From the NCBI GenBank assembly GCA_963707915.1, contig OY970178.1, positions 3,328,001 to 3,392,000 on the forward strand: a stretch of 64,000 bases of DNA, read 5' to 3'. Below are positions 48,157 to 57,435 of the stretch, piece by piece. Origin of the DNA: Candidatus Eiseniibacteriota bacterium. Lineage in GTDB: Bacteria; Eisenbacteria; RBG-16-71-46. The notes below the pieces were generated by a model. The model saw only the letters and a program-made list of their open reading frames with translations, was not told the DNA's origin and did no database searches. The position numbers were made by a program, and so were the translations under genes. Each line of letters opens with the position of its first letter. Position 1 is the first letter of the stretch.

Positions 48157-49682
48157 CGACCTACCCCATCAACGGCAAGACGCCAGTGGACCAGGCGGCA
48201 GTCAATGCCGCCATCAAGGCGATTTGCGACATCATGCGCAGATCCAACTGTGCAGGTGCCCTGCAATACGTCCCTGAGCTTACCTGGATTCTCTTCCTGC
48301 GAATCCTCGATGAGCGTGAGCTTCGCGAGACAGAAGAAGCAGAAGCCCTCGACGTTCCTTTTGAGCCGTCACTAGAGGCTCCATACCGCTGGCAGGATTG
48401 GGCGGCGCCTAACGGAAGGAAGCGCCAAGAACTTCAGAATGGCGCTCTCGGTGAGTTCTTTGGATTTGTGAACGGCAAGCTCCTGCCACATCTTCGGGGG
48501 CTGAAGGACCGAGCCGGAGCGACGCCTCGTCAGAAGGTCATCAGTGAAGTCATGTCCGGCGTCGAGCGGACGCGGATTGACACCGAGCGCAACTTCCTCG
48601 ATGTGCTGGACAAGGTAAACGAGATCAGTTCCGAAACCGCTGATCCGACCCACATGTTCACTCTGTCGCAAGTGTATGAGGGGTTGCTTCTGAAGATGGG
48701 GGAGAAGGGTAACGACGGCGGTCAGTTCTTCACCCCACGGGAAGTCATTCGCGCAATGATCCAGGTTGTTGACCCCAAGGTTGGCGAGACGATCTACGAC
48801 CCAGGCTGCGGCACTGGCGGCTTTCTTGCGCAGTCGTATGAGTACATGCGCGCACATCTGGGATCAAAGGCAACGGCCGCGCAGCTTACAGCGCTCAAGC
48901 GGAGGACGTTCTTCGGGCGGGAGAAGGACGACGCCATCTTCCCGATTGCCCTGGCGAACTTGGTGCTTCACAACATCGATGAGCCGCACATCTGGCACGG
49001 CAACACATTGACCGGCGCTGAGACATACGGTGGCCTGTACGCTGACGCGCCCTCAACGTATGACGTGATCTTGATGAATCCACCGTTCGGCGGGAAGGAG
49101 GGCCAAGAGGCTCAGACGCGCTTTGCCTATAAGACCGGCGCAACGCAGGTGCTCTTCCTTCAACACGTCATCGACAGCCTGAAGCCTGGCGGTCGGTGTG
49201 GCATCGTGCTGGATGATGGCGTCTTGTTTCGTGTCGATCAGATGGCATTCATTCAGACAAAGCGCAAACTGCTCGACGAGTGCGAGGTACGCTGTGTAGT
49301 CAGTCTGCCCGCTGGCGTGTTCACTGCGGCAGGGGCGGGCGTCAAGACTGATCTGGTCTTCTTCACGAAAGGCCAGCAAACCAAGAAGATCTGGTACTTC
49401 GACCTCTCGGAAATGAAGGTCAACAAGACTGCGCCACTAACGCTCGACATGTTTGATGACTTCTTCAAGCTCCTGCCCAGCCAAGCGGACAGCGATCACA
49501 GTTGGACTATCTCGCGCAAGCAAGTAGAGGCTAACAACTTTGACCTGAAGGCGATCAATCCACGGATCAAGGCGCAAGTGGACATTCGGACGCCCGGGGA
49601 GCTACTTGGACTGTTCGATGAAGAGGGGCAGGAGGTGGCGGAGGCCATCGCGGAGCTGCGGCGCCTGAAACGTGGGAAGTAG
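48153..49682 (+). CDS. hsdM: Type I RM methyltransferase M subunit
   Basis: GQFFTPR, YDPGCGTGGFL and MNPPFGG motifs. Confidence 0.93.
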   Translation: MTTYPINGKTPVDQAAVNAAIKAICDIMRRSNCAGALQYVPELTWILFLRILDERELRETEEAEALDVPFEPSLEAPYRWQDWAAPNGRKRQELQNGALGEFFGFVNGKLLPHLRGLKDRAGATPRQKVISEVMSGVERTRIDTERNFLDVLDKVNEISSETADPTHMFTLSQVYEGLLLKMGEKGNDGGQFFTPREVIRAMIQVVDPKVGETIYDPGCGTGGFLAQSYEYMRAHLGSKATAAQLTALKRRTFFGREKDDAIFPIALANLVLHNIDEPHIWHGNTLTGAETYGGLYADAPSTYDVILMNPPFGGKEGQEAQTRFAYKTGATQVLFLQHVIDSLKPGGRCGIVLDDGVLFRVDQMAFIQTKRKLLDECEVRCVVSLPAGVFTAAGAGVKTDLVFFTKGQQTKKIWYFDLSEMKVNKTAPLTLDMFDDFFKLLPSQADSDHSWTISRKQVEANNFDLKAINPRIKAQVDIRTPGELLGLFDEEGQEVAEAIAELRRLKRGK

Positions 49683-49695
49683 GCGCACAGGGACA

Positions 49696-51216
49696 CTAAC
49701 GGAGGCGTGGCAACGGGGTCCGCACCCGGTAGTACCGTTGATTCCCGCGGCGCACTTCGATGAGGTCTTCTCTGATGGCGCCCCGCAGTCGACCAATCCG
49801 TTTTCGTGCCGCCTCCAGACTGCGGATCCCCTTCAGGTCGTGCTTGACATCGTAGCTGCGAGCTTCGTGTTGGCCGTCGGCCTGACGATCGAGTAGATAC
49901 CGAAGCAGCTCGACCTCTGAGCGACGGATCTTGCTTACGGCCTCTCCCGTGCTCAGGTCGCAGACGGTCCCGCTCTGTGGACGGACCAAGTGGCTCGCCA
50001 GCTGTATCTCCGGCTCCTGCAAGTTGCGGAGTTGAAGCACTAAGTCCGTCACGGCCCGCTGGAAGTCCTTGAGCCGGAATGCCTGCTGGTATGGATGCGG
50101 GCCCGTGAGCTCCACAACACGGTGGAGTGCTTTCTCCAACTTCTCGCGCGTTGAGTAGAGCATGCGCCTGCTGAGGTAGCGGGGCTCCCTGAGCAGGTCC
50201 TCAGCCAGTTGCCGGTAGAGGATCGCTTGGGGCGGGTCGAGGGACACGATCAGCGCCATGGCGCGGCCGAAGAACTCCCGTGCTTTCTCGAGGTCCCCCT
50301 CGTGACCGCGCTCAAGGTGCAGCCGGGCCAAATCCTTCAGCGGGTAGACCATCATCCTCTTCATGGACATCTGCTCGGCGATGGCGAGCGCAGCCCGGAA
50401 GTCCTCCTCGGCGCCGCGCAAGTCGCCGCGAGCGAATCGAAGGTCAGCGCGGCCCATGTAGGCAGCGTGCAACGTTCCCGGCATCGGTTCCTCGAGACAG
50501 CCTGCAATCACGGCCTCGTAGATTGCGGCGGCTTCATCGAGCTTACCGAGCGTCTTGAGCACACCGGCGCGACGCTCATCGATCGTGCGCACCAAGCGGG
50601 GAGCGTTCAGCGGTAGCGCCAGTTCGCGGGCGCGCCGCTGCCACTCCAGGGCCTCGTCCGGGCGCTCAAGGACTGCCGACAGCCGCCCGACGTCCGACGC
50701 CGTCGTCGCGGCGCGGCGCCACTGTTCGGTTTCGATGGCGCGACGGTGTGCCTCCACCATCCTCGCACGGGCGCGTTCAAAGTCGCCCTCAAGCTCGTAG
50801 CGGTGGGCGAAGAGCGCCTCCACGTCAGCCCCGCGACTGGCAAGCTTGGGACTCTTCTGAATCAGGCGTTGCAGTTCCTCCAGCGCCTGGCCGCCTTCAG
50901 CGAAACGAGCCTGCTGGTGAAGCATGAAGGCGCGGTGGTGGTAGGACGTGTAGATCTGCCAGGCCGGCGCGCGCTTCGCGGCGCTGTGACGCTCAAACGC
51001 CCCGAACAAGCGCAGAGCATCTGTGTATTCCCCGCGCTGGTATGCCCCTTCCGCTCGCACCCACAGCTCGTCGGCGGACGGTCCCGGCGGTTCCCCGGCC
51101 GACAGCGTGGACGCCAAGCGCATCACGGCGTCCGAGTCGCCGCGGTGGGCGGCGGCCAGAGCCTTCGTGATGGTGGCCTTGGGGCTGGTGGGCATGGTCA
51201 GTATCTCCACATCCAT
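49696..51216 (-). CDS. TPR-repeat protein with C-terminal winged-HTH (putative transcriptional regulator)
   Basis: Many TPR-like helical hairpins. OmpR-like tail (EVELLRYLL...ARKRIGRLRGAI...RYYRV). Start at 51216 or 51195. Confidence 0.75.
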   Translation of the reverse strand: MDVEILTMPTSPKATITKALAAAHRGDSDAVMRLASTLSAGEPPGPSADELWVRAEGAYQRGEYTDALRLFGAFERHSAAKRAPAWQIYTSYHHRAFMLHQQARFAEGGQALEELQRLIQKSPKLASRGADVEALFAHRYELEGDFERARARMVEAHRRAIETEQWRRAATTASDVGRLSAVLERPDEALEWQRRARELALPLNAPRLVRTIDERRAGVLKTLGKLDEAAAIYEAVIAGCLEEPMPGTLHAAYMGRADLRFARGDLRGAEEDFRAALAIAEQMSMKRMMVYPLKDLARLHLERGHEGDLEKAREFFGRAMALIVSLDPPQAILYRQLAEDLLREPRYLSRRMLYSTREKLEKALHRVVELTGPHPYQQAFRLKDFQRAVTDLVLQLRNLQEPEIQLASHLVRPQSGTVCDLSTGEAVSKIRRSEVELLRYLLDRQADGQHEARSYDVKHDLKGIRSLEAARKRIGRLRGAIREDLIEVRRGNQRYYRVRTPLPRLR

Positions 51217-51430
51217 TCTACCTCTCCTGCCGTTCGGCTCCATGTGGACAAGACATGCGTGTAGGTCCGTTGTCCAGTCGAGCCGCCGTACACCCCGACA
51301 CTGGATCTCGGAGGGCAAGACACCGAGGTCCAGCTCAAGCCGGGGTGAGCTCCCGCGACGGCGTGACGCACACGACCGTCCGCAGCACCGCGAAGACGCG
51401 CTTCAGAAGTCCCACACGAGGGTCACGACC

Positions 51431-51496
51431 ATGAACGCGAACAGGGTGCTGGTGGGCGACGACCGGGATCTGATTCCGGCTGGCGGCTTCCACTAG
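51431..51496 (+). CDS. 21-aa peptide MNANRVLVGDDRDLIPAGGFH (candidate precursor or modifier tag)
   Basis: ATG preceded by GAGG at RBS spacing. First ORF of the divergent operon, with a GG motif two residues from the end. Followed by a stem-loop. Confidence 0.55.
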   Translation: MNANRVLVGDDRDLIPAGGFH

Positions 51497-51504
51497 CAGT
51501 AGCT

Positions 51505-51548
51505 CCCGGGCCGGGTGGCGGCACTCCGCCGTCGCCCGGCGGCCCGGG
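51505..51548 (+). promoter_or_regulatory. Stem-loop after the peptide gene
   Basis: GCCGGGTGGCGG (51510-51521) pairs with CCGTCGCCCGGC (51529-51540). An alternative pairing is CCCGGGCC/GGCCCGGG. Confidence 0.55.
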
Positions 51549-51583
51549 AACCTGGGCGCGGTTCTAATCGGGAGGGCATTGAG

Positions 51584-51946
51584 TTGTGGTGGCTGATCGG
51601 TCTGCTAGCGGCGCTGGCGGCATCCACCCAAGACAGCACCCGGAACACGGGGGTCAGCGCAGCGAGAAGCCCAGTGTCTGATAACTCGCGCCTGTTGACC
51701 TACCGCTCCCGCGACGGCCGCTCCTTCTTCCGGTTCCGCTTCTCGCCATTTGGCGCCGGCGTGCGGATCTTCATCCTCGAGTTCCCAAATCCACAGATCG
51801 GCTCCTGCCACGTGCTGCACGACGACCGCGGCGCGGCCTACATCTGCTGGTCACGGGCCATCAACTCCCTGTCTGACGCGAAGGCGGTCGCAGCGCTCTG
51901 GGCCGAGGCAACGCTCGTCTACCAGCGCACCGGCCACGTCTTCTAA
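51584..51946 (+). CDS. Small protein with N-terminal hydrophobic anchor and possible E2/UBC-like core
   Basis: TTG start with GGAGG RBS. Beta-meander, then H-x9-YICW, then helix SLSDAKAVAALW. TAATG overlap with the next gene. Confidence 0.6.
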   Translation: MWWLIGLLAALAASTQDSTRNTGVSAARSPVSDNSRLLTYRSRDGRSFFRFRFSPFGAGVRIFILEFPNPQIGSCHVLHDDRGAAYICWSRAINSLSDAKAVAALWAEATLVYQRTGHVF

Positions 51947-53478
51947 TGGAGGCTACCAACTTGATCAAGTTGAGCATCGTTTCGCACGGCCTCGTCTTGA
52001 AGGAGGGGGGATTCGGCCCTGCTGTGGCAGAGCCCGCCCAGGTGATGCGGTTCACCGCATCCGCGCACCGTCAGATCATGGGCGCGATCGGCACGAAGGA
52101 GCCCGAGAACGGGATGCCGCTCGGTGGCGACCCGGGCGACGGCATCGTCCGCCACGTCATCTTCGACGACAGCGGCGAGCGGTCCAGCGGCACCTACTCG
52201 CCCGACCATGTCCGCCTGACCGCACTGCTGGACGATTGGTGGAGGCCTTCGGGGATCCGCCTGCTGGGGTTTGTCCACTCGCATCCGGGCCGATTCGCGC
52301 GCCCTTCCGACGGGGATCTGAAGTACGCCGGCGAGATCCTCGAGGCCAACCCGCACCTCAACCGGTTCCTGATGCCCATCGTGACCGTTGAGCCAAAGCC
52401 GGTCGTGCACCCGTTCGTCGTGGTCCGGACTGCCAGGGGCGTCGTGGTGAAGCCGGCTGTGCTGGAGGTCCTCGACGAGGTGCTGGTCGCGCCGGGGGAG
52501 AAGGCCACGCCGCCGGTGAAGACCGTGACCAAGACGGAGTCGCCCCGTGCCATCCGTGAGGCGACCTTCCAGCGGGTGGTTAGGGCTTACGACCTCCCGC
52601 ACCTGCGCTACTGCCGCGTGGTCGTTCCTGGTGATGGGGGTGCTGCTGGCTACGTCGAGGATCTCGTGCGGGCGGGCATCCACGACCTAGTGCTCATTGA
52701 TCCCGATGTTGTCACTGCCACGAACCTCGCCACCCAGCAGGTCTACCGCCGAGACCTGGGCCGGCCAAAGGTCGAGGCGCTCGCCGACCGACTGCGTGAC
52801 ATCAACCCTGCCGTCGAAGTGCTGGCCATCCAGCGGGACTTTAATGAGTTCACCGACGCCGAGATCGAATCGTTGCTCGGGCTCGACTGCGCCCGACCCC
52901 CGATCCGCACGCTCGTGTGCGGCTGCACCGACAACTTCTACGCCCAGGCGCGCGTCAACCGCGTCGGCCTGCAGTTCGGCGTGCCCACGCTCTGTGCGCA
53001 GGTCTACGCCGAGGGCCGGGGCGTCGAGATCACCTTCACCTACCCGGGCATCACCCCGGCATGCCATCGCTGCGTCCTGCGGTCGCGCTACGACGCCTAC
53101 CTGAAGGAGGGCTACACCAACACCGTGACGTCCGACGGCACGCCGGTCGGCTGCACGACACGGCTGAACGCGACCAAGTTCTTCGTGGCCATGGCCTTGC
53201 TGCACCACGGCACGGCGCATCCGCGCTGGGGCCGGACGCTGGAGCGCATCGGGAACCGCAACCTGGTGCAGCTGCGGCTTGACCCCGACTTGGAACTCCC
53301 GGTGTTCGACCGCGTGCTGGCCGGAGACAGGGCTCGCATCTTCACGGACGAGGCCGTGTGGCTCCCGCAGTTGCCCGAAGGCCGGGCTACCGGGCGCGCC
53401 CCTTGTCCCGACTGTGGCGGTACGGGCGACCTGCGTGCGGCCATCGGCTCAATCCCGGACACCCGGCTGCCCCGATGA
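51946..53478 (+). CDS. JAB (MPN+) peptidase - ThiF/E1 fusion protein
   Basis: E...FVHSHP...PSDGD JAB motif, then GDGGAAG, IDPDVV..TNLATQ, GCTDN, PACHRC and a terminal CPDC. Confidence 0.88.
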   Translation: MEATNLIKLSIVSHGLVLKEGGFGPAVAEPAQVMRFTASAHRQIMGAIGTKEPENGMPLGGDPGDGIVRHVIFDDSGERSSGTYSPDHVRLTALLDDWWRPSGIRLLGFVHSHPGRFARPSDGDLKYAGEILEANPHLNRFLMPIVTVEPKPVVHPFVVVRTARGVVVKPAVLEVLDEVLVAPGEKATPPVKTVTKTESPRAIREATFQRVVRAYDLPHLRYCRVVVPGDGGAAGYVEDLVRAGIHDLVLIDPDVVTATNLATQQVYRRDLGRPKVEALADRLRDINPAVEVLAIQRDFNEFTDAEIESLLGLDCARPPIRTLVCGCTDNFYAQARVNRVGLQFGVPTLCAQVYAEGRGVEITFTYPGITPACHRCVLRSRYDAYLKEGYTNTVTSDGTPVGCTTRLNATKFFVAMALLHHGTAHPRWGRTLERIGNRNLVQLRLDPDLELPVFDRVLAGDRARIFTDEAVWLPQLPEGRATGRAPCPDCGGTGDLRAAIGSIPDTRLPR

Positions 53479-53561
53479 AGCTGTCCACCTCGACCCTGGA
53501 CTCGTGCGCCGTCGCGACGGCGGTCTCCCTGTCGGTCGCGCCCGGGAGGACCTCGAGCTAG

Positions 53562-54167
53562 ATGCGCCGCCAGTACGCCCTCATCTATGCCGACCCGCCG
53601 TGGCGCTACAACAGCAAGCGCCACGGCTACGGTGGCGCCGAGGACCATTACCCGACGATGGCCTTGGAGGACATCAAGGCCATCCGGGTACCGGCGGCTG
53701 ATGACTGCGCGCTGTTCCTTTGGGCCACCATGCCCTTGCTCCGACAGGCGTTCGAGGTCATCGACGCCTGGGGCTTCAAGTACAAGACCACGGCGTTCTG
53801 CTGGATGAAACAGACGAAGTCCGGCGTCGGCCTGGTCACGGGCCTTGGCTTCTGGACCAGGTCGAACGCCGAGGTCTGTCTGTTGGCGACACGGGGACGG
53901 CCGCGCCCCGTGTCCCACCGAGTCCACTCGGTCGTGATTGGTCCACGTCGACGTCACAGCCAGAAGCCAGACGAGGTCCGGGAGCGGATCGTGGAGCTGA
54001 TGGGCAACGTGCCGCGGCTGGAGATGTTCGCCCGGTCGCGGACGCCCGGCTGGGACGCCTGGGGCAATGAGGTCAAGAGCTCAGTCCAGATCCAGGTGCC
54101 CGGGCTGGACAGCGCCGGGCGCACGGAGTCTGAACGGAGGTGGCGCCGGTGCTCGATCGCCTCCTGA
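53562..54167 (+). CDS. MT-A70 family adenine methyltransferase
   Basis: IYADPPW, HYPTM, LFLWAT, WGFKYKT, HSQKP and WDAWGNE motifs. Confidence 0.92.
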   Translation: MRRQYALIYADPPWRYNSKRHGYGGAEDHYPTMALEDIKAIRVPAADDCALFLWATMPLLRQAFEVIDAWGFKYKTTAFCWMKQTKSGVGLVTGLGFWTRSNAEVCLLATRGRPRPVSHRVHSVVIGPRRRHSQKPDEVRERIVELMGNVPRLEMFARSRTPGWDAWGNEVKSSVQIQVPGLDSAGRTESERRWRRCSIAS

Positions 54168-54520
54168 AGCTGATCGTCACCCTGACCCTGCTGTTCTTCC
54201 TGCTGCAGGCGGTCATCGGAGTCCTGGTCCGCGTCCTTGACGCGGCCCTCCATGGGGCCGCCTCCGCCCTCGGGCACGCTGGGAACTTCCTCGGCAACGT
54301 TCTGGTGATCGTAGTGGAGGTCATCTTCTTGGTCGGGCTCATCGTCCGAGGGGCGCAGTTCGTTGCCAACCGGGATCCTCGTGCAGCTCGGGAACGAGCG
54401 ACACGAGATCGAGCCGTTCGCCAGCGTGTCCGCCGTCCGACCGAAGGCGTGCCGCCGGTCGAGAGTCACGCCGAGGTGCTGGACGACCCCGACCCGGCTA
54501 TCGGGGAGGAGCGCGAATGA
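54149..54520 (+). CDS. Two-TM membrane protein in the mobilization operon
   Basis: GGAGG RBS, two hydrophobic helices and an ATGA overlap with the ATPase. Confidence 0.65.
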   Translation: MLDRLLKLIVTLTLLFFLLQAVIGVLVRVLDAALHGAASALGHAGNFLGNVLVIVVEVIFLVGLIVRGAQFVANRDPRAARERATRDRAVRQRVRRPTEGVPPVESHAEVLDDPDPAIGEERE

Positions 54521-56070
54521 TGGTCGAGCATCTCGCCGCCCAGCTGCGCCGGCTCCTCAAGGGCTCCGAAGCGGACACCGCGAGGCGTTGGCACGCCACC
54601 ACCGAGCGCGCGCGGAACGCCGACGCTCACGCCCGCCGCGACGCGTTTCTTCGCCAGATGCGCGCCACGCCCGGGGACGGGAAGGTGCTGCTCGGCCGCG
54701 CGCAAGCGCGCGAGGGCGAGTTCCAGTGGTGCGGCATGCCGCTGCCGACACTCTGCTCCATGCACCTCGGCATCTCTGGCGCGACTGGCACGGGCAAGAG
54801 CTTCATGGTCGCATCGCAGCTCTTTCAGCTCGTCACGCTCGGCGTGCCGGTCATCCTCACGGACATGAAGTCTGAACTCGCCGACCTGATGTTGAACGTG
54901 GTCGTCCCCGCGGTCGTTGCCCGCGGTATGGAAGATCTGATCGACCGGGTGCGCGTCGTTCGTCCATTCGATGCAGGGCGCGTGCCCTTGCTCCGTCTGA
55001 CTGAGCCTGAGCCTCGAGTCTCTCGGCAGATCCAGAGCATGAACATCGCCCAGGGCCTGAGCGAATCCGTCGGCGAGGGGCTGGGTGTGCGCATGTTGCG
55101 GGCGATGTTGCCCATGGCGGGCTTGGCCGTGGAGCGCAACTTGCCGCTCCCGGTGTTGACGGACTGGCTGCGCTCGCCTGAGGTATTCGCGCGGGCGGCA
55201 GCCTCGTCTTCCGATCCGATCGTCCGCTCGTATGCTCTTCACGAACTGCCGCGAGAGAACCGTAGCTCGCTGGACGCGCTTCGGGCCCGGCTCGACCTGC
55301 TCTTCCACCTGCCCGAAGTGCGCGATGCGTTGTCCGCTCCGCGCTGCCTGTCGTTCGATGACGCTCTCGACTCGGGCGTGACCATCCTGGACTTCGGCTC
55401 GCCTCCGGGCGGCGCCGAGGACGCCATGAAGTTCATCGCCGGTCCGGTCGCGGGCCGGTTAGGGCGCGCTATCCTCTCGCGGCAGGTGTCGGATAACACG
55501 CCCCCCGCGGTCGTCGCGTTCGAAGAATTCCAGCAACTCCTCAGCTCGTATCAGGTCGAGATGTACAAGCGTCTACTGGCGCTTTGCCGTTTCAAACGCG
55601 TCTGTCTGTGGTTCTCGAACCAGCAGCCGGCCCAGATCGCTGAGGCAGACCGGACGCTGCTGCGCATCCTGCGCACCAACCTCGGAGCCGAGTGCATCTT
55701 CCGCTCGTCGGTCGAGGACGCCCGCACTCTGTCCGAGGGGCTCTCGACGCGTTCCGCCGACGAGACGTTGACGCAGGCGCGCAGCCGAGTCGTCGAAGAG
55801 ATCGCAACGCTCCCGAAGCGTTCGTTCTTCTTCTGGTTGCGAGATTCCGCGTTCGGGCCACAGCGGCTACAGAGCCCGCGCGTCAACATCGGTGCGCTCA
55901 AGGCGTCTGCGGCGTCGCTCACGCCCGAGCAACGCGAGCGCATTCGCCTCGGCACCGTCTCGATCGAGCGGCCGGTGGACAACCCGTCGCCTACGCCCGC
56001 GCCCGAACCGGATCCCCGGGTTGCGCCACTTCCCCCACAGAAGCGCCGCCGGGCGCCGCGGCTGGGGTAG
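54517..56070 (+). CDS. VirD4/TraD/HerA-like coupling ATPase
   Basis: Walker A GATGTGKS, DMKSE, Walker B-like FEEFQ and SNQQPAQI motifs. Confidence 0.82.
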   Translation: MMVEHLAAQLRRLLKGSEADTARRWHATTERARNADAHARRDAFLRQMRATPGDGKVLLGRAQAREGEFQWCGMPLPTLCSMHLGISGATGTGKSFMVASQLFQLVTLGVPVILTDMKSELADLMLNVVVPAVVARGMEDLIDRVRVVRPFDAGRVPLLRLTEPEPRVSRQIQSMNIAQGLSESVGEGLGVRMLRAMLPMAGLAVERNLPLPVLTDWLRSPEVFARAAASSSDPIVRSYALHELPRENRSSLDALRARLDLLFHLPEVRDALSAPRCLSFDDALDSGVTILDFGSPPGGAEDAMKFIAGPVAGRLGRAILSRQVSDNTPPAVVAFEEFQQLLSSYQVEMYKRLLALCRFKRVCLWFSNQQPAQIAEADRTLLRILRTNLGAECIFRSSVEDARTLSEGLSTRSADETLTQARSRVVEEIATLPKRSFFFWLRDSAFGPQRLQSPRVNIGALKASAASLTPEQRERIRLGTVSIERPVDNPSPTPAPEPDPRVAPLPPQKRRRAPRLG

Positions 56071-56083
56071 GGAGGACTCTTGC

Positions 56084-56401
56084 GTGCGAGAACTCCAAAC
56101 TGTGCTCCGGCTTCTGCGAGCCGTCTTGGGGATTGCCCTGTGGTGCGCGGGCACGGCGTGGCTCGGTGTCACGACGCTCTGGCGTGCGGGCATGTTGCTT
56201 TCGCGATTCAAGGCCATCTCCGCCCAGGTACGGCTCTGCCCCCGTGGGCACGAGGTGCCGGTCTACAGGCTGTGGGACTGCCACTGCGGCAGCCGAGTCG
56301 AGGGCTGGGCATTCGCGCCCTGCTCGATCTGCCGCGAGACGGCCGGCTACGTCCCATGCCCGACCTGTGGCCTGCCCGTGAGGAATCCACTCCTGCCATG
56401 A
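56084..56401 (+). CDS. Small membrane-anchored Zn-ribbon protein
   Basis: GGAGGA RBS. TM segment, then CPRGH, CHCG, CSIC and CPTC. Confidence 0.65.
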   Translation: MRELQTVLRLLRAVLGIALWCAGTAWLGVTTLWRAGMLLSRFKAISAQVRLCPRGHEVPVYRLWDCHCGSRVEGWAFAPCSICRETAGYVPCPTCGLPVRNPLLP

Positions 56402-57186
56402 CCCCGCTCGTCCGTCGTCAGCCCCGCCATCACCGTCGCCGCGGCGTCGCCGTTCAGCTCACTGAGCGAGACGGAGCGGTGCTCCACGCCCTTGGTCGCT
56501 TCAGGCTTGCCCGGACGTCAGACCTCGTGGCCTACGCCTTCGCCGGAGTCCGGAAAGACACGGCCGCAGTCCGGCTCCGGCGGCTGTTCGACGGCCGCTT
56601 CCTGGCCGTGCTGCCGCCCGAGCAGGGCAAAGAGAACGTCTACCGCTTGGGGCCGGCCGGGAAGGTCCACCTCGCCGAGGAGGGAGTCGGTGTCGGTCGT
56701 GTTCCCCGTGGAGGACTCGAGCACCACCTCGCCATCGTCGAAACCTGGGTCGCCGTCGCCGGGCTCGACCGCCTCGAACTCGAGCGCGCTCTGCCCGACT
56801 GGGAGCTTCGCGAGCAGTTCAATACCGCCGAGCTGCACGTCGTGCCTGACCTCTTCCTTCTCGTCCGCGTTGGCGAACGGCAACACGCCGTCGCCGTCGA
56901 GGTCGACCGTGGCACCGAGTCGCTGGCCGTCCTCAACCGAAAGCTGGAGGCATATCGCTCGCTCTGGGGGCAGGCGCCTGGGCTGTTCGGCTACCGGCAG
57001 TTCGGCATCGCGCTCGTCTGCCACACCCCGGCCCGTCGTGCCCAGCTCGCCTCCGCACTCAAGAGAGCATGGGTTGTTCCGCATGTGTTGTGGACGTGTT
57101 CTGAAGGGCCGAATACCGCTGTGCATCAGCTCATTCAGGGATTGCTGGCTCCCCTTGAGGCCTCCCCTTACCCCAAGGGGACCTGA
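56398..57186 (+). CDS. Replication-relaxation (Replic_Relax) family protein
   Basis: LTERDGAVLHAL, RLRRL, YRLG, HHLAI, VPD and AVEVDRGTE motifs. Confidence 0.85.
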   Translation: MTPLVRRQPRHHRRRGVAVQLTERDGAVLHALGRFRLARTSDLVAYAFAGVRKDTAAVRLRRLFDGRFLAVLPPEQGKENVYRLGPAGKVHLAEEGVGVGRVPRGGLEHHLAIVETWVAVAGLDRLELERALPDWELREQFNTAELHVVPDLFLLVRVGERQHAVAVEVDRGTESLAVLNRKLEAYRSLWGQAPGLFGYRQFGIALVCHTPARRAQLASALKRAWVVPHVLWTCSEGPNTAVHQLIQGLLAPLEASPYPKGT

Positions 57187-57192
57187 CCAGTC

Positions 57193-57432
57193 ATGCGATC
57201 CGAGCGAGCAGAGCCTAACGACGAAGGTCGTGCTCTTGATCCGGCTGAAGCCGAGCGCGAACGAACTCTGCCGCACCTCCTCACGCTACCCGAGGTGGCG
57301 GTGTTCCTGAGCGTCAGCCCAAAGACCGTCCGGCGGTTGGTCAGTCGCGGTCTGCCGTGCGTACGTCTGGGCCGGGTGGTACGTTTCCGGCAGGCGGACC
57401 TTCTCCGGTTCGTGGAGGCACGGAAGGAATAG
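57193..57432 (+). CDS. xis: Excisionase (HTH_17)
   Basis: LLTLPEVAVFLSVSPKTVRRLV...VRLGRVVRF. Directly upstream of the integrase. Confidence 0.85.
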   Translation: MRSERAEPNDEGRALDPAEAERERTLPHLLTLPEVAVFLSVSPKTVRRLVSRGLPCVRLGRVVRFRQADLLRFVEARKE

Positions 57433-57435
57433 CCG

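Noticed and set aside
53475..53561. 28-aa Ser/Thr-rich ORF (MKLSTSTLDSC...) after JAB-ThiF as a second precursor peptide
   Set aside because: It has an ATGA overlap but no RBS or GG motif and cannot be distinguished from spacer sequence without a conservation search.
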